A stretch of 64,000 bases of DNA from Camelus dromedarius. Its lineage: Eukaryota. Below the pieces are notes generated by a model, which was not told where the DNA came from, made no database searches, and saw only the letters and a program-made list of their open reading frames with translations. Positions 62,325-64,000 of the stretch are shown piece by piece. The position numbers and the translations under genes are program-made. The stretch lies in NCBI RefSeq assembly GCF_036321535.1, contig NC_087436.1, forward strand, positions 21,764,001 to 21,828,000. Reading direction: 5' to 3'. Position 1 is the first letter of the stretch. Each line of letters begins with the position of its first letter.

Positions 62325-64000
62325 TGTTTTAGTTAAAGATTATTATGGGTAAATCAATGATGCTATTTTAATGAAAAATAGGGTACTGTAATTATATTAT
62401 CACTGACATAATTTAATGACTTTAAAGGATCATTATTGCATTTGCTACATAGTGTAGAACTATTACTCCTTTTCCAGTGTTTATTTTTTATTGACATTAA
62501 TGACAAAGTCTTCAAAAAGAATATAACACTTCAGATTTTTTAAGATGTAATTTTTGTTTTACAATTCCCGTACAAGGTTAAATTGGGTAGGTATTGTTTT
62601 ATAACTGAAAGGGAGAGAGAGGGAAAGAGAGAGACAGATTCTAGCCAAGTAATTACATTAAATATTCTCCCTGGGGGAAAAAAGTTTCCAAAAAAAGCCT
62701 CGAGAATTCATGGAAATTGATAGAATAAATTAACTTCTTGTAAAATCATTTTCCACATCATTAGAATATTTGTTTCCAAATGTCAGAAGCAGATGAGATA
62801 ATTTTGCTGCAGATACTGCTTCAAGGATGAGGCTGAAACTCACCGAGCACTAGAACAGTGAGGGATATTGAACTTCCCAAAGGTGTAGAGCTGCTCCCAA
62901 AGACAGAACTATGACTGAACTTTTGAGTTGTTTCTGCCTGGATGTGGGATAATTATATGTGATGAAATATCGTGAAGCACAGACAGCGATGTCTGCCAGC
63001 CATATTTATTAAGATTGAATGCGCATGGAGAATTAAAATGCCAGACAATATTATTTGTTATGTTGAATTTTAAGAAATTTCAAGGCAGATTAAAAAGTGA
63101 CATTAGAACAAATCGGCTGTCTTTGCCTTCTGCTATAAATCTTCTCATAATTGTTTTTTTTCCTCTCTCATCATTAACAACTTTCCTTTCTTTGACATTT
63201 GCAGACATCTACCTCTTTGAAAAGCCTTTCATTTTTTTCTCTTCTTCTCTCTCTTTCTTTCTTTGTTGTCTATTATCCAGATATTTGCTTTAATGCCAAA
63301 ATTAATGACACTTTAAAATTACTCTTTATAATTTTAAGCTTTAGACACCTGACCTTTCCTGCCCATTTAATCTCTCTCTCTCTTTTTTTTCTTTAGCTTT
63401 ACCCAGTAATCAAGGGCAGCTAATTAATTAGCATCCACAGCAGAGGAGGAAAAAGAAATTGCACTTGCTTGAAATGCCTTTTATATCACTACTGAACTGC
63501 ACTTAGAATTTCATAAAGTCTAGTTTGGCTCAGTGGGCTCTTCCATGTTTGTTAAAGCAGGAGGTCCTGGCACCCTCAGGTTAAATGGAATCAGTTGCTC
63601 CGAACAGGATGTTTCTCTTTTTTACATGATAATAGGGGTATAGTGCCTGTGCTAGGAAAGAATATTGACTTCAGATCCATGGCTCATTAAAAGATCATAC
63701 AGAGTAGAAAAAATGATGCTAGCATAAATGTGTGTTTTAGACTGTTTAAAGAGCCGTGTAATTACAGTCTATATGAGTATATACAGAATAAGACTGCAGA
63801 GAAGTGGAGTTTTATGCATGCAACCTGATAGAACAATATATTAACATACTTTGTATATAAATTTGAATGAAAATGCAGTCAGCCCAGCAGTCTTTCCATA
63901 TAAATGTGTATAGCCTCGGGGATGGGCAGGATGATTCCCCTTGGCTCCTAAGAAGGAATATACTCAAGAGAATTACTAAGGATTAGTCATATGGGTAATT

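Noticed and set aside
1..64000. CRISPR arrays, prokaryotic operons, rRNA, CpG-island promoter, non-retroviral endogenous virus
   Set aside because: No regularly spaced repeats, dense ORFs, rRNA motifs or CpG-rich island seen, and no viral protein motif recognised by eye (a tblastn screen was not possible).

Overview
Mammalian genomic DNA, AT-rich and CpG-depleted. It is most likely a camelid (alpaca/llama/camel), judged from five copies of a tRNA-derived SINE resembling the tylopod Vic-1 family. The window looks like intronic and 3' territory of a long-intron gene on the + strand that I cannot name. Two short exons have good splice sites (10-78 and 22028-22090), and there are candidate terminal exons near 35214 and 47679. 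Much of the rest is interspersed repeat: old, mostly antisense L1, younger L1 3' ends with target-site duplications (TSDs), L2, MIR, MLT1/MER21/ERV LTRs, MER2/MER58A/MER5A/Charlie DNA transposons and microsatellites. None of the supplied ORFs looks like a real protein-coding gene. I see no intact novel biological system. The most unusual signals are a degraded Gypsy (Gmr1-like) gag fossil on the minus strand at about 39.7-40.85 kb, a poly(A)-only insertion with a perfect 15-bp TSD at 62282-62324, and two L1 3' ends inside one TSD at 31183-31473. Repeat family names come from recalled consensus sequences, not database searches, and most repeat boundaries are approximate.
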